In this document: positions 1 to 12,131 of the stretch, in pieces
How positions within the stretch are numbered: the first letter of the stretch is position 1
Layout: every line of letters begins with the position of its first letter
From: Batkoa obscura
Lineage: Eukaryota
Direction: 5' to 3'
NCBI GenBank assembly: GCA_030770535.1
Contig: JASVEC010000183.1
Span: forward strand, 1-34,879
DNA length: 34,879 bases
Program-made: the position numbers and the translations under genes
Notes under the pieces: generated by a model
Databases searched by the model: none
What the model saw: the letters and a program-made list of their open reading frames with translations, nothing else
What the model was told of the DNA's origin: nothing

Positions 1-3000
1 ATCAGTTGAAAGAATGCCTTCATTCAACTGTATTCAGTTAACTCACACATTACAGTGAAAAGATTCTTCTTACATTAGAGAAATTATTCGTGAAGAAGAC
101 CGTCAAACTAGAGTTACTTTACTTGAATATCTTAAATCTTTACATTCATTTGAATGGATGAACTTTATCAACGACACTAAAGTATTAGAAGAAGAAAATA
201 CAGTTTATACTGATGAAGATCCACCATCCTCTATAAGATCGTTTTCAGGCTATTCTGCTGATGAAAAATCCGAAATTGATGATTTACCACTTTATTATGT
301 TGGTTTTAAGTCAGCTTCACCAGAATATGTCCTTCGTACTAGAATTTGGGCTTCTTTAAGATCTCAAACCCTTTATCGAACTATTTCTGGATTTATGAAT
401 TATGCACGTGCCATTAAAGCTTTATATCGAGTTGAGAACCCAGATATGGTCAAATTATATTCTGGACATGGTAATATGCTGGAAAGAAAGATTGATATAA
501 TGGTACGTAGAAAATTCCGATTTTTAATTTCTATGCAAAGATATTGTAGTTTTACAGCAGCTGAAAAAGAGGATGTAGAATTTTTACTTAAAGCTTACCC
601 AGACTTACAAATTGCCTATCTATTAGAAATAACCAGAGAAACCGAAGATGGACCAGAAGTTCAATATTTCAGTTGTTTAATCGATGGTCATTGTGAAAAA
701 CTTGAAGATGGTTCAAGAAAACCTAGATATATGATTGAACTACCTGGTCATCCTATCCTTGGTGATGGTAAAGCTGATAATCAAAATCACTCCATTATAT
801 TTACGCGAGGTGAATACATTCAATTAATCGATGCTAACCAAGATAATTACCTTGAAGAAGCCATGAAGATTCGTAATATTCTAGCTGAATTTGAAGGGTT
901 TGAAGTAGATTCTTCCATTTCACCTTATTCTGGACATGCAAAAGATCATTATAAACCACCAGTTGCTATTGTAGGAGCAAGAGAGTATATCTTTTCAGAA
1001 AATATCGGTGTATTAGGAGATGTTGCTGCTGGTAAAGAACAAACATTTGGTACCATGACGCAGCGTATTATGGCTAAAATTGGTGGTAAACTTCATTATG
1101 GTCATCCTGATTTCTTAAATTCTATATTTATGAATACTCGTGGTGGTGTAAGTAAAGCTCAAAAAGGTTTACATCTTAATGAAGATATTTATGCTGGTAT
1201 GAATGCTTTCCAAAGAGGTGGTAGAATTAAGCATATTGAATACTATCAATGTGGTAAAGGTCGTGATCTTGGATTTTCTTCTATTTTATCCTTTAATACT
1301 AAGATCGGTACTGGTATGGGTGAACAAATACTTTCTAGAGAACAATATTACCTTGGTACCCAACTTCCTTTAGATCGATTTTTAACCTTTTATTACGCTC
1401 ATCCTGGTTTTCATGTTAATAATGTTATGATTACGATTGCTACTCAATTACTTATGGTAGTCTTACTTGGTCTTGGTAGTTTATACGTTACCAATGAAAA
1501 TATTTGTGAACAGAATGAAGATCTTACAGCAGCCCCTAAACCAACTGGATGTTTCAATGTATGGCCTATTCTAAGTTGGATTGTAGCTACCATTATCTCC
1601 ATTTTTATTGTGTTTGCTATTTCTTACCTTCCCTTCTTTTTACAAGTATTCAGTGAACAAGGATTTACACGTACTCTATTAAGGCTTGGAAAACACTTTT
1701 TATCCTTTTCTCCAGTATTTGAAATCTTTGCTAATCAAATCTATTCTGCTTCATTACTCAGTAATTTAAGTTATGGTGGTGCTACCTACATAGCTACTGG
1801 TCGTGGTTTTGCTACCACTCGCACCTCATTTGCAAACCTTTACTCAAGGTTTGCAGCTTCGAGTATCTATTCTGGTGTAAGAATTTTCTTCATGATCTTG
1901 TTTGCTTCAATTAATATTTGGGTGCCACATTATATTTATTTCTGGATCATGGCCTTATCATTGTGTATAGCTCCCTTCTTATTTAATCCTCATGAATTTT
2001 CACCTGTTGATTTTATCTTAGATTATCGTGATTTTATCAAATGGTTATCTGCTGGAAATTCAACACAAACTAAATATTCTTGGGTTACTCATTGTCGTAT
2101 TTTACGTACCAAAGTTACCGGTTATAAACGTCGTAAATTGGGCCAAGTTGATCATTCTGCTCCTACTCCACGTGCCAATAAATGGGCTTTGATTTTCCCA
2201 CAAGTTATATTCCCAATTCTTTCTGCAGTTGTTATGGTTGCCATTTATTCTTACTTAGGTAGTATGACTGGTCGTAAACATGCAATCTTCCGTGTGGGTG
2301 CTGCTGCTTTAGGTCCTATTGCCCTTAATGCAGCTGTCTTATTGGTCTTATTCTTTGTTTCTTTATTAATGGGTCCAATCGTCAATATGTGTTTCAAACC
2401 ATTTGGTAATATAATAGCCGGAATAGCTCATGGATGGTCCGTATTGGTTGTAATCATTTTCTTTTTATTATTATTAATGTTAGAAAATTGGGAATTACCA
2501 AGTGCTATTTTGGGTATGATAGCATCTGTATTTGTACAAAGAGCTATCTTCCAGATTATTGAATCTTTATTATTAACCAGGGAAACAAGTAATGAAGCTT
2601 GTAATGTAGCTTGGTGGACTGGTAGATGGGGTTCTCAAGGCTTAGGATTTATGGCATTAACTCAACCACTAAGAGAGTTTTTATGTAAAATCATTGAAAT
2701 GTCTTATTTCGCTACAGATTTTATTACTGGTCATTTTATTATGATTGTATTATTCCCAGTTACATTAGTTCCATTAATTGATCGTTGGCATTCAGCTATG
2801 TTGTTTTGGTTAAGACCGTCTCAGCAAATTCCAGCACCAATCTATTCAGTGAAACAAATCAAAAAGCGTAGAAGAAGATATATCGGTTATTTAATCTTGT
2901 TTATACTTGTTGAAGTTATATTATTGGCTGTACTTATTGTACCTGCATTGATCGGTAGCAAAATTGGGTTTAAACCTTCCTCTATCTCATTTCTTAAGGA

Positions 3001-3013
3001 TTATCTTATCTAA
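1..3013 (+). CDS. FKS1: 1,3-beta-glucan synthase catalytic subunit (GT48), 5'-truncated by window edge
   Basis: Motifs RIWASLRSQTLYRT, PILGDGKADNQNH, QLIDANQDNYLEE, HYGHPDF, GLHLNEDIYAG, QCGKGRDLG followed by many TM helices. Frame continues upstream of 158 (REIIREED...LLEYLK); the first ~80 nt carry indels. Confidence 0.97.
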
Positions 3014-3413
3014 GAAAATCATCCTATTTTCTTCATTATATAATATTATAATTGCATCCTATCTTTACTTTATTCATTAATATAAAATAAAATTGATTTT
3101 TTAAAAGTAGTTTTTATTTATAAAGTTTATAGTTTTTATTATTATTAAATAATTAGATTCAAATTAACTTGATGATCAATTTGAGATTAAAATGATAAAT
3201 TAAAGATTTTAAAAATAAGCTTTATTTTAAATCAATATTGAGACATAGATTCGTAATAAAATTTTCAATTGCCCATCCTATAGTTCCAATACTTATCTTC
3301 TTTTTTAATTTAATGTCATTGTTTATCTATTTTTACTTTTATTCTATTTATTAAAGTATAAATCTATAATACTTCATTTTATTATTATATAGTTTTTATT
3401 TCTAAAAACAAAT

Positions 3414-3515
3414 GGGGGGACGTATTTTTGTATTTAACAATTTTACTACCAATTTTTGCATTAAATAATGCTTAAAAAGATGAAAAAAGTGATCAAGCCA
3501 AAAAAAAATATCCCC
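3414..3515 (+). mobile_element. MITE copy 1 (GGGG-ended ~100-bp family)
   Basis: GGGGGGACGTATTTTTG...AAAAATATCCCC flanked by AAAT at 3410-3413 and 3516-3519. Confidence 0.85.
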
Positions 3516-3605
3516 AAATTTTAACAGTCACATAAAAAGTATTTAAAAAATGAAAAGGTTTATTTCGACTAATTATACAATTAAATTCAATGATCCCCAT
3601 TAGGT

Positions 3606-3806
3606 TCAATAGTCCTTATCTTCTGATTTAGTTCTACCTTCCCAGTCAAATGGCACTGTATGGATATGTCGACTATTAAGATGTTGCATTGTTTTCGTGG
3701 TCATAGTATAAACACCAAAAGATAGAGCAAATGTCAAAATGGCTACCAATGGATAAACTTCAGGTTTAAGTTTTAAAGCTAAAGATTTGGATTTATTTAA
3801 AAACAT
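3606..3806 (-). CDS. B12D/NDUFA4-like small single-TM protein, array copy 1 (66 aa)
   Basis: ATG at 3806; MFLNKSKSLALKLKPEVYPLVAILTFALSFGVYTM: the PEVYPL motif plus one TM helix resembles B12D/NDUFA4. Confidence 0.7.
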   Translation of the reverse strand: MFLNKSKSLALKLKPEVYPLVAILTFALSFGVYTMTTKTMQHLNSRHIHTVPFDWEGRTKSEDKDY

Positions 3807-4871
3807 CTGGATTGTTTGTTTTGTTTGTTTTGTTTGTTTGTTTGTTTTGATATAAATTTTTACTAGCACATTTTATTTATTTATATACTATTAACTTGAC
3901 TCCATAAGCTTACTAGGATTATTAGATCATTATTGAATAGACCGTAGTTAGAATACAGGTTTAATGAATATGACAATTTTTAGAATAAAAATATATTATA
4001 AAGATTCTAATATTAACTACCGGATAATTCAAAAATCAGACCACTACTTAATTTTTGAGTATTTTTAAAATAAGAAATAGAATTAGGAATCTATTTTTTG
4101 GTTCTATTTGTTCATTTTTTTAAGCATTATTAAGTGGAAAAATTAGCAGTAATGTTCTTCAATAAAAAAAGATGACTAATTATAAGTTTTTAAAATCCAT
4201 TCTTCGGATGGATCTTAGATAAAAATCAGACCATTATTAACTCAGCTTTTCAATTTTTTAGAATTGACAGGAAAATCCCAATTTATCTGCGCAATCTTTA
4301 ATATTTTTTTTGAATCAATTCAAATTTTGACAGATGAATCTATTTTTAAATTAGTGAAATATATTACTTATGACTTGATTTTTACTAAATAGAATTCCAT
4401 TTTAAAATTATCCCATTTACTCTTTTAAGACTAGAAATAAATTACTGCATATAGTTTAAAGCATTTAGACACAATTTTAATATATCATTTGAAGTGAATT
4501 TGTTAACTTTAATCCTTAATTTCAACCTGTAAACAACCCCTAATCTTAAACTTTAACAAGCTATATAGATAATTAAAATGTCTTGATATACTTTATTTTC
4601 TTGATTATTTTATATATAATACAAAAGTTGGACAATTTCCTGATAACTTTTAAAACACATCTTCAATATTGGCGCCATTTTTAATTTCCCGAACTTTTAT
4701 TTTTATTTCTATTCATAAAAGTCGATCAAGTATGACATCATGGTTCGGTTATTTCCTATGATTATCTATCGAACCTTAAGATATCTAAAATTCTTTTTAT
4801 TATAATTCTAATAATCTAACAAATTTCAATAATAACAACTTATTATTTCTATTATATTGATAATAATGTAT

Positions 4872-4969
4872 GGGAATGTATTTTTTTATCTAAGAATTTT
4901 ACTAAATAATCTTTCCACTCAAATAGCGCTCAAAAGATGGAAAAGTAATGAAATTAAAAAAATATCTCC
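4872..4969 (+). mobile_element. MITE copy 2
   Basis: GGGAATGTATTTTT...AAATATCTCC, core TTTCCACTCAAATAGCGCT; flanks GTAT/ATAT. Confidence 0.85.
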
Positions 4970-5694
4970 ATATCTTATACTATAATAGTTAGAATAACAA
5001 TGGTAAAGTGTTATAATTGCTATTTTATTTTGCTATTTTGTTAACATCTCATTATAATAGCAAGTAATATGATTATTTTTGTCAATATAATAAATTAGTA
5101 ACAAAACCAGTATCAGCAATAATACTTTACCATTATTTTATTATTGTTTTATTATACATCATTTTAGTTTTGATTAATTGTATTATTAAAATAATATTAT
5201 CATTTTGAGATTGATGTTGAGATGACTGCTACATTGGTTCATAACAATAATGATAAAATAAATAATAAATAATAAAATAATAAATAATAATAAATAATAA
5301 TAAATTATAAATTATAAAAATAAATTATTGTTATTATATTAACAAAAGTATGCTATCAAAATAGAATACTTTTTAAGCACTGTATCATATATTGATAGCA
5401 ACAATAGCACTAACCCTAATAATAATTTATCGTTGAATCAATACTTATTTATATTAATAGCGTTATATCATTATCATTGTTATTATTGATATTAGTAGTT
5501 TATTTTTTAGACAAAAAAGAAAGACAAAATAACTAACAATGATTTTTTATTTTTCACTACAATATAAATAATGTTATAGTAGTAATAATGGTAAACTATT
5601 TATATAAATATTATTTATTCTATATTGTATACTATAAATTTAGTTTAAAAATGATCACAATTTTATTTTTAGATATAAATTTCAATAACTATAT

Positions 5695-5791
5695 GGGGGT
5701 GTTTTTTTGTGTTTAAGAATTTTACTAACAATCTTTCTACTCAAATAGCGCTTAAAAAATGGAAAAATAATGAAATCAAAAAAACATCCCC
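5695..5791 (+). mobile_element. MITE copy 3
   Basis: GGGGGTGTTTTTTTG...AAAACATCCCC with ATAT on both sides. Confidence 0.88.
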
Positions 5792-5827
5792 ATATAAAAA
5801 ACAAAAAAGTTGAAATATTTATTAAAC

Positions 5828-6065
5828 TTACTTCCATTTACTCTCAATTTTAACAATTTCTTTTAAATTTGCTATTCATTTTTTATCCTTCTATTTTCCC
5901 CTTCTAAACTTAATTCCTTTTCATCCACATTGCTATCATCATGTTCTTTCACCTTTATATGTAGAATTTATGCAGAAATAGGCCCGATAATACCTAACAA
6001 CAATACAAATGAATAAACTTCTAGTTGGATTTTTTTATACAGTAAAGATTTTGCTTTAAGATCAT
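5828..6065 (-). pseudogene. B12D/NDUFA4-like pseudogene, array copy 2
   Basis: ATG at 6065, immediate frameshift, then LKAKSLLYKKIQLEVYSFVLLLGIIGPISA*ILHIKVKE... aligning to neighbours; further stops and frameshifts. Confidence 0.75.
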
Positions 6066-6274
6066 CTTAATATTTATTTTATCTTTGATCTCTAGCCTTG
6101 TTTCTTTTTTATATATTATAAATATTAGTATATAAGCTTACTATGATTATTTTGCTACTATTGAGTAATTATAACTAAGAGCTTAGAGGTTGAATCTATA
6201 ACAGTGACTTGAAGTATAAAAGCATAGAAAATTAATCATAAAAACTAATCAAAAATAAAATAAAAAATACAAAT

Positions 6275-6544
6275 TTATTTTGACTTGTGTTCACTTTCAC
6301 TCTCAATAATTCCTTGTAAATGGTCCAACTTTTCTGGATTAACATGAGCTGTGACCTCCTCTTTATGTCTACCACCTGAGTATAATATATTTTTATTTAT
6401 TTGTTGATTATTAATATATCGTCTTGATTCTTTATAAACAGTATAACCACCAATAGTAGCAGCAACGCCTACAATCGCTACCAAAGGGTAAACTTCTGGC
6501 TCAATTTTCAAGTGTAATAAAGATCTTGCTCGGTTTAAAAACAT
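6275..6544 (-). CDS. B12D/NDUFA4-like small protein, array copy 3 (89 aa)
   Basis: MFLNRARSLLHLKIEPEVYPLVAIVGVAATIGGYTVY; start placed at ATG 6544 by alignment with paralogues. Confidence 0.75.
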   Translation of the reverse strand: MFLNRARSLLHLKIEPEVYPLVAIVGVAATIGGYTVYKESRRYINNQQINKNILYSGGRHKEEVTAHVNPEKLDHLQGIIESESEHKSK

Positions 6545-6838
6545 TTTTAAAGATTTTTCTTTTATTCTTTTACTATCATAATGTCTCTTTTTTATACTAT
6601 AGTTTAGCATATAAACTCCTTGTCATTTTTATGTCATTTTAGTAAATTAACCATACCTAGAAATCAAATTAACAAACGTAATAAGTTTCAAAATAATGTC
6701 AAATCTTTTTATAAATAATTGACATTTTTTGGGCAAATTTAAAATGATAACTGTTTATAAAATGATTTGATAAATTTATAATCTGCAAAATTGACTATTT
6801 AAAACTTCAAAGCTAAGAAAGGTTAAAAATATTAATAT

Positions 6839-7102
6839 TTATTTCGACTTCTTCTCACTTTCAATAATTCCTTGTAAATGATCTAACTTTTCTGGACTGA
6901 CATGAACTTTGATTTCTTCTTTATGTCTACCACCTGAATTTAGTACAGTCATATCTCTATGCTTATCACTAATATATCGCTTTGACTCTTTAAAGATAGT
7001 GTACCCTGCAACAGTACAACCAGCGCCTACAATTATTATTAAAGGATAAATTTGTGGCTCAATGTTTAGATGTAATAAAGATTTGGCTCGATTTAAAAAC
7101 AT
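6839..7102 (-). CDS. B12D/NDUFA4-like small protein, array copy 4 (87 aa)
   Basis: MFLNRAKSLLHLNIEPQIYPLIIIVGAGCTVAGYTIF; shares SGGRHKEE and PEKLDHLQGIIESE with copy 3. Confidence 0.75.
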   Translation of the reverse strand: MFLNRAKSLLHLNIEPQIYPLIIIVGAGCTVAGYTIFKESKRYISDKHRDMTVLNSGGRHKEEIKVHVSPEKLDHLQGIIESEKKSK

Positions 7103-7327
7103 TCAATTATTTATTTTATTTTCTACTTTGACTTCATCATTGTTTACTTCTTTATATATCGTGATTTGACTAGGCAAGCTTCTTATCATTGTTATATCAT
7201 TGTTTAATCACCAGTTAAGAGCTTAAAGTTTAATCATACTAATGATATAGATGATAAAAGATCAAGTTAAAAATATCTAAAATTAATCTTCAAACAATTC
7301 ATAAAAAACGAGAGAAACTTATTAAAC

Positions 7328-7589
7328 TTATTTATGATCACTACTAACATCAATAGCCTCACTTAAGTTGTTTAATTCCTCAGATTTCACTTTCACTTTC
7401 ACTTCTTTTTTGTTTCTGTCATCTAATCTTAATTCTTCCTTATCCATTTTCTTATTATAGTTAAAGGTCTGGTCTCCTCTATAAAGAGCACAAACATTAC
7501 CAACCTCAACAATGCTTAATACTGTTATTAATGGGTGGATTTGAGTCAACTTTAAAATGAAATAAAGACCTTACTCGGTTTAGATACAT
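7328..7589 (-). pseudogene. B12D/NDUFA4-like frameshifted gene, array copy 5
   Basis: ATG at 7589 reads MYLNRVRSLFHFKVD, then a frameshift near 7545 into QIHPLITVLSIV...EELNNLSEAI; span of 262 nt is not a multiple of 3. Confidence 0.72.
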
Positions 7590-7841
7590 TTTATGGACTT
7601 ACTAATTTATTTTTTTTATATTATCAATTCATTTTTTATATACTATAATTATCACTATATGAGCCTACTATCATTATCCTATCATTATTAAATAACTGTA
7701 ACTTAGGAACTAAAGCTTATAGAATATTAGCATTAATGATTCAATCATAAAAAGTCAAAAACATTAAAGCTCCACCAGCAGTTTAATTGTTCCTAAATTC
7801 CGAAAACGAAAATGCATTAAGGAAAAAGTAATAAATAAGGT

Positions 7842-8105
7842 TTATTTCTTATTATTATCATACTCAATGTTAATTATTCCCTTTAACCTCATCAATTCTT
7901 TTTTTCTTACTTAGTTCCGTCTTCCAAATTCAACTCCTTCCTCTTTCTTTCTATTTTCCTACTACAGATATATTGCTTAGTCTTTACATATAATATATAG
8001 CCAATAATAGTTTCAACTACACCCAATATCAGCACCAGTAGGTAGTAAATAGTGGGTTTAATTTTTTAAAGGGATTAAAAGGCTTTGCTTTGATCGGTTT
8101 AAATT
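7842..8105 (-). pseudogene. B12D/NDUFA4-like pseudogene, array copy 6
   Basis: No ATG; pieces LNRSKQSLL / KIKPTIYYLLVLILGVVETIIGYILYVKTKQYI / KELMRLKGIINIE in different frames. Confidence 0.7.
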
Positions 8106-8350
8106 TAATAAGTTATTTTAATTTTCTTGCTATCATCAATTATTTTATATATTATGATATTGTTATCATTGCTGAATAGCTATAGTTAAATGGTTAAAAT
8201 CATCTTGATTATAATGTTGATTGATTGTAAAAGGCTAAATCAACTGAATTTCAAAAAAAAATTAAGGAAATTAAAAATCAGAAAATTAAAACGATAAAAC
8301 CAGACTAAAAAAATACACAAATTTATTATATCTCATTTTTCCTTCTACAT

Positions 8351-8608
8351 CTACTCTTTCTTTCCACCATGAATATGATCCAGATTTTTTAACTCGGAGG
8401 GCTCAATATTAGCTTTCATATGCGTTCTTAATCGCCCATTTGTTTTCAATTCACCATCAATAACATCATGTTGATTTGTATGTTGTTCTTTTTTTCGATA
8501 CATAGTGTAACCAGCAATGGCTCCAATTCCACCTAGAATTGCAGCTAATGGAAAAATTTCAGGATCCATTCTCCAATGAAGTAAGGAAGTTGCTTTACGA
8601 AGTACCAT
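8351..8608 (-). CDS. B12D/NDUFA4-like small protein, array copy 7 (85 aa)
   Basis: MVLRKATSLLHWRMDPEIFPLAAILGGIGAIAGYTMY; C-terminal GR...PSELKNL matches paralogues. Confidence 0.75.
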   Translation of the reverse strand: MVLRKATSLLHWRMDPEIFPLAAILGGIGAIAGYTMYRKKEQHTNQHDVIDGELKTNGRLRTHMKANIEPSELKNLDHIHGGKKE

Positions 8609-8926
8609 ATTTGAATTGATTTTTAGTTAAGTTAATTATAGTTTTATTATTTTAAGGAGATGATAGGGGGTTTATATACTTATTATCTACCTATTATACA
8701 AATTTGAGCGTCATTTTTTATCATTATTTCAAAATTAGTGATTCAATTGTAAGTATGAGATCAAATTTAAGTTTAGATCATAAGTCTTTCGATTGCAAAA
8801 TTATAATAGTTAAAGATGCAATTTATGCCTTTTCGAAAAAAGATAACAAATTATGCAGACTAAGGAAAATTTGAAAGAATAAAAGTTAAGATTAAAAATT
8901 GATTTTCATTAAAACTTACAAAAAAT

Positions 8927-9513
8927 ATGGGTAGTAGTAAATTAGTCAACGCGAATCCAATAATTTATAATACTACATCTATCAGTCGAGAGTTAGGTCA
9001 AGAAGCATTTGATGAAAATATTCGAGATGAATTTGATTCCTTAGAGATATTTGATTTAATTAAGAATATTAATGATCCAGAACATCCATTGACTTTAGAA
9101 CAATTAAATGTGATTCAAAAAGATCATATTTTTATTAATGATATTAAAAATAAAGTTCATGTTCAATTTACTCCTACAATTCCTCATTGTTCTATGGCTA
9201 CTTTAATTGGTTTATGTATTAGAGTGAGATTATTAAGGAGTTTACCTCCTAGGTTTAAAGTAAGTAAAATAATTAATTGATTGAAGATTTAAAAGTTAAA
9301 TTTTTTTATATTAGATTGATATTACCGTTAGAGAAGGTACTCATCAGTCAGAATTAGCTGGTAAACTTTTTTATTTATTTTAACATGATTTTGTTTAATA
9401 GTTTAAAAATAGTAAACAAACAATTAAATGATAAAGAAAGAGTATCAGCTGCATTAGAAAATCAAAGTTTATTGGAAGTAGTAAATCAGTGTTTATCAAC
9501 TACTTCAGATTAA
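8927..9513 (+). CDS. CIA2: Cytosolic Fe-S assembly protein CIA2/MIP18 (FAM96 family), 3 exons
   Basis: [46 protein letters not shown]; exons 8927-9259, 9315-9360, 9413-9513 with GT-AG introns. Confidence 0.95.
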
Positions 9514-10017
9514 AGAAAAGAATTCAAAGAAAAAGAAAATAAAAAGAAAAGAGCATTTTATATATTATGGAGAAATAAAATTAAGATTTATTATTATTAT
9601 TATATATTATTGGCTTTATTGAATATTTATTGATTACTTTTAATTAAAAAGAAAAAAAGATTGAAATTATTATTATAAATAAAAAAACCAGAGTGTTTTT
9701 ATTATAAATGAACAAAATACTATTTTATTATTATAATATTCCTTTAATAAAAAGTAAATAAATAAATAGCTTAATTAAATATAAACTAAGCTGAGCTCTG
9801 AGCTTAATTTTGAAACGCATTCGATTATTTTAGTAATTTTTTTAAAATAAGTTGAAAAAAGAATCAGTAATTTTGAAGTTACCAAATCATGCACCATGAA
9901 AATTTTTATTTAAAAATGAAAAAAAAAGCTTGAGTATTTTTAAAAAGGAATACAATAATCAATAACTAATTTCTTTTCTCATTTACAATATTCACTTTAA
10001 GAATTGCTAAAAATTTA

Positions 10018-11308
10018 ATGAATCAGTATAAAATTATTACTTCAGCAAACTGGTTACCAAAATATCGAAGAGTTAATATTCAACATAGTTTACCGATATA
10101 TAAATTACCTTCTATAACACCATTACAAGCTAAAAAGGTAGCTAAAGTAGATTCTGGAGAAGATGCCTTTTTTTTAAATTCAACAGTTAAGAATCAATAT
10201 TTAGGTAAATTTAATAAAAAATTATTTTCTTTCTTATACATAAAGAATCACAATTTAAACATCAAATAATTAATGATATTTATTCGTTACAAATTATTAA
10301 TATTTTTACAATTAATTTACAGGAATAGCAGATGGAGTCGGTAGTTGGGAAAAAGTAGGGATTGATCCAAGTCAATTTTCTTGGTCTTTAATGAATCATG
10401 CTAGTGAAATTATTCAACAAAATCGAACTAGTTTTGGTAATGAAATGGAATTGTCTTCATTAGAATTATTACAACAAGCTTATAATCGATTATTGAAAAA
10501 TAAAGAGAAAGTAGTAGGTAAGTAAAAGAAAAAATTGAATTTATAATAATTTATAATAATTGAGATCATTAATTTAAAATTATTATAAATTAAATATTAA
10601 ATATTAAATATTATTTTTATTTTTATTTATTTTTTATTAATTAGGTAGTAGTACTGCTTCTATATTAAAAATCAATAAAGATAATGGTCGACTTAATGGA
10701 GTTAATTTAGGTGATTCTTCTTTTTTAATAATACGAAATCGAAGTGAAATTATATATAAAAGTCAAGAACAACAACATTTTTTTAATTGCCCTTACCAAT
10801 TATCTATTATTCCTAAAGAATATCAATTAAATCAAGGATATATTAAAAATGAGCCATCAGACTGTAATCAAATTGAATTAGAATTAAAAGAAAATGATTT
10901 GATTATATTAGCTACAGATGGCTATTTTGATAATGTGTTTGATGAAGAAACTATTAATATTATTCAAAATGAATTTTTACAATTTCAAATTGATCATAAT
11001 ACTCATACCTACTCATCAGTAAATGAAACTACAAAACAATTAATTAATATTAAAAATTCGGATTGGCTACAATTAAAGATACGTAAATTAAGTAATAAAT
11101 TAGCGGAAACAGCAAGAAAATATTCACTAAATCCAAAGAGATTGTCGCCTTGGTCTAATTCTTTATTGAAATATCATCAATATTTGGAATTGGGTGGGTA
11201 AGTTTTAGATAGTAAAATTAAAATATAAGATCAAATATTCATATTAATTAAATTAGGAAATTAGATGATATTACAGTACTAGTAGCATTAGTGCAAAAAA
11301 ATGAATAA
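10018..11308 (+). CDS. PTC7: PP2C-family phosphatase PTC7, 4 exons
   Basis: SGEDAFF, GIADGVGSW, GSSTA, NLGDS, QQHFFNCPYQL, ILATDGYFDN, GGKLDDITV; exons 10018-10204, 10323-10517, 10645-11197, 11257-11308. Confidence 0.92.
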
Positions 11309-11361
11309 GTAGAAAGAGGATATGGAGAAATAATAAGGAGCAAGGAAGAAAGGGTAAAGAG

Positions 11362-11408
11362 TAAGGAATAAGGAATAAGGAATAAGGAATAAGGAATAAG
11401 GAATAAGG
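11362..11408. repeat. (GGAATAA)n heptamer microsatellite in PTC7 3' region
   Basis: About six tandem units visible. Confidence 0.9.
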
Positions 11409-12131
11409 AGAGAAGTAAAAGAAAGGGATTAGAAATATTATTAATTTAAGTGTAATTTATATAATCTAATATTTTTGATAAATAAAATTTAATGATATTT
11501 TTGTATGAAATAACAAAAGAATTTTATTCTATTTATTTTTTGTTAAATTAATAATGGAACTATAAATATTTTCAAATCTTATTTTAATAAATTAAATGGA
11601 ATTAATAACTATTTTCAATCTTATTTTGAATCTATAATTTATAGTTAATAAGAAAAATAAGTCATTAAATAGAATAAATCAATCAATCGAATATTACTAT
11701 TAAATTATTCACTAAATTCAATTCAATCAATTTTCTTATTTAAATATCTTAACTTTTACTCAAATCAATTTTTTTTCAAATGTTTTTAAACTTTTTATAT
11801 CTTAAAAAATAAGTAGGGAGTCTTCAATTATTATAATAAACAAGTACAATCAACATGATTATTAAATAAATAAATAAATAAATAATGAAATAATGAAATA
11901 ATGAAATCAATTAAATAATTATTATAATTAAATTTAAATAATAAATTATCAGATATAAGAATATTATTACTAAATGGACTTAAAATTAATTACAAAATAA
12001 ATTAAACCTGTTCAAATATAGAATCAACTGAAACATACGTTAAAAAAAGAGTTAAAATTATATATCAAATTATATATCAAATTATACATCAATTAAAAAA
12101 AGTATAAAAAGTATATTAATCTCTCTTTAAA

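Noticed and set aside
4993..5140. ~20-bp inverted repeat in very AT-rich DNA, and a ~15-bp direct repeat AAAAATCAGACCA near 4031 and 4221
   Set aside because: Short and low-complexity; cannot be separated from decayed-repeat noise.
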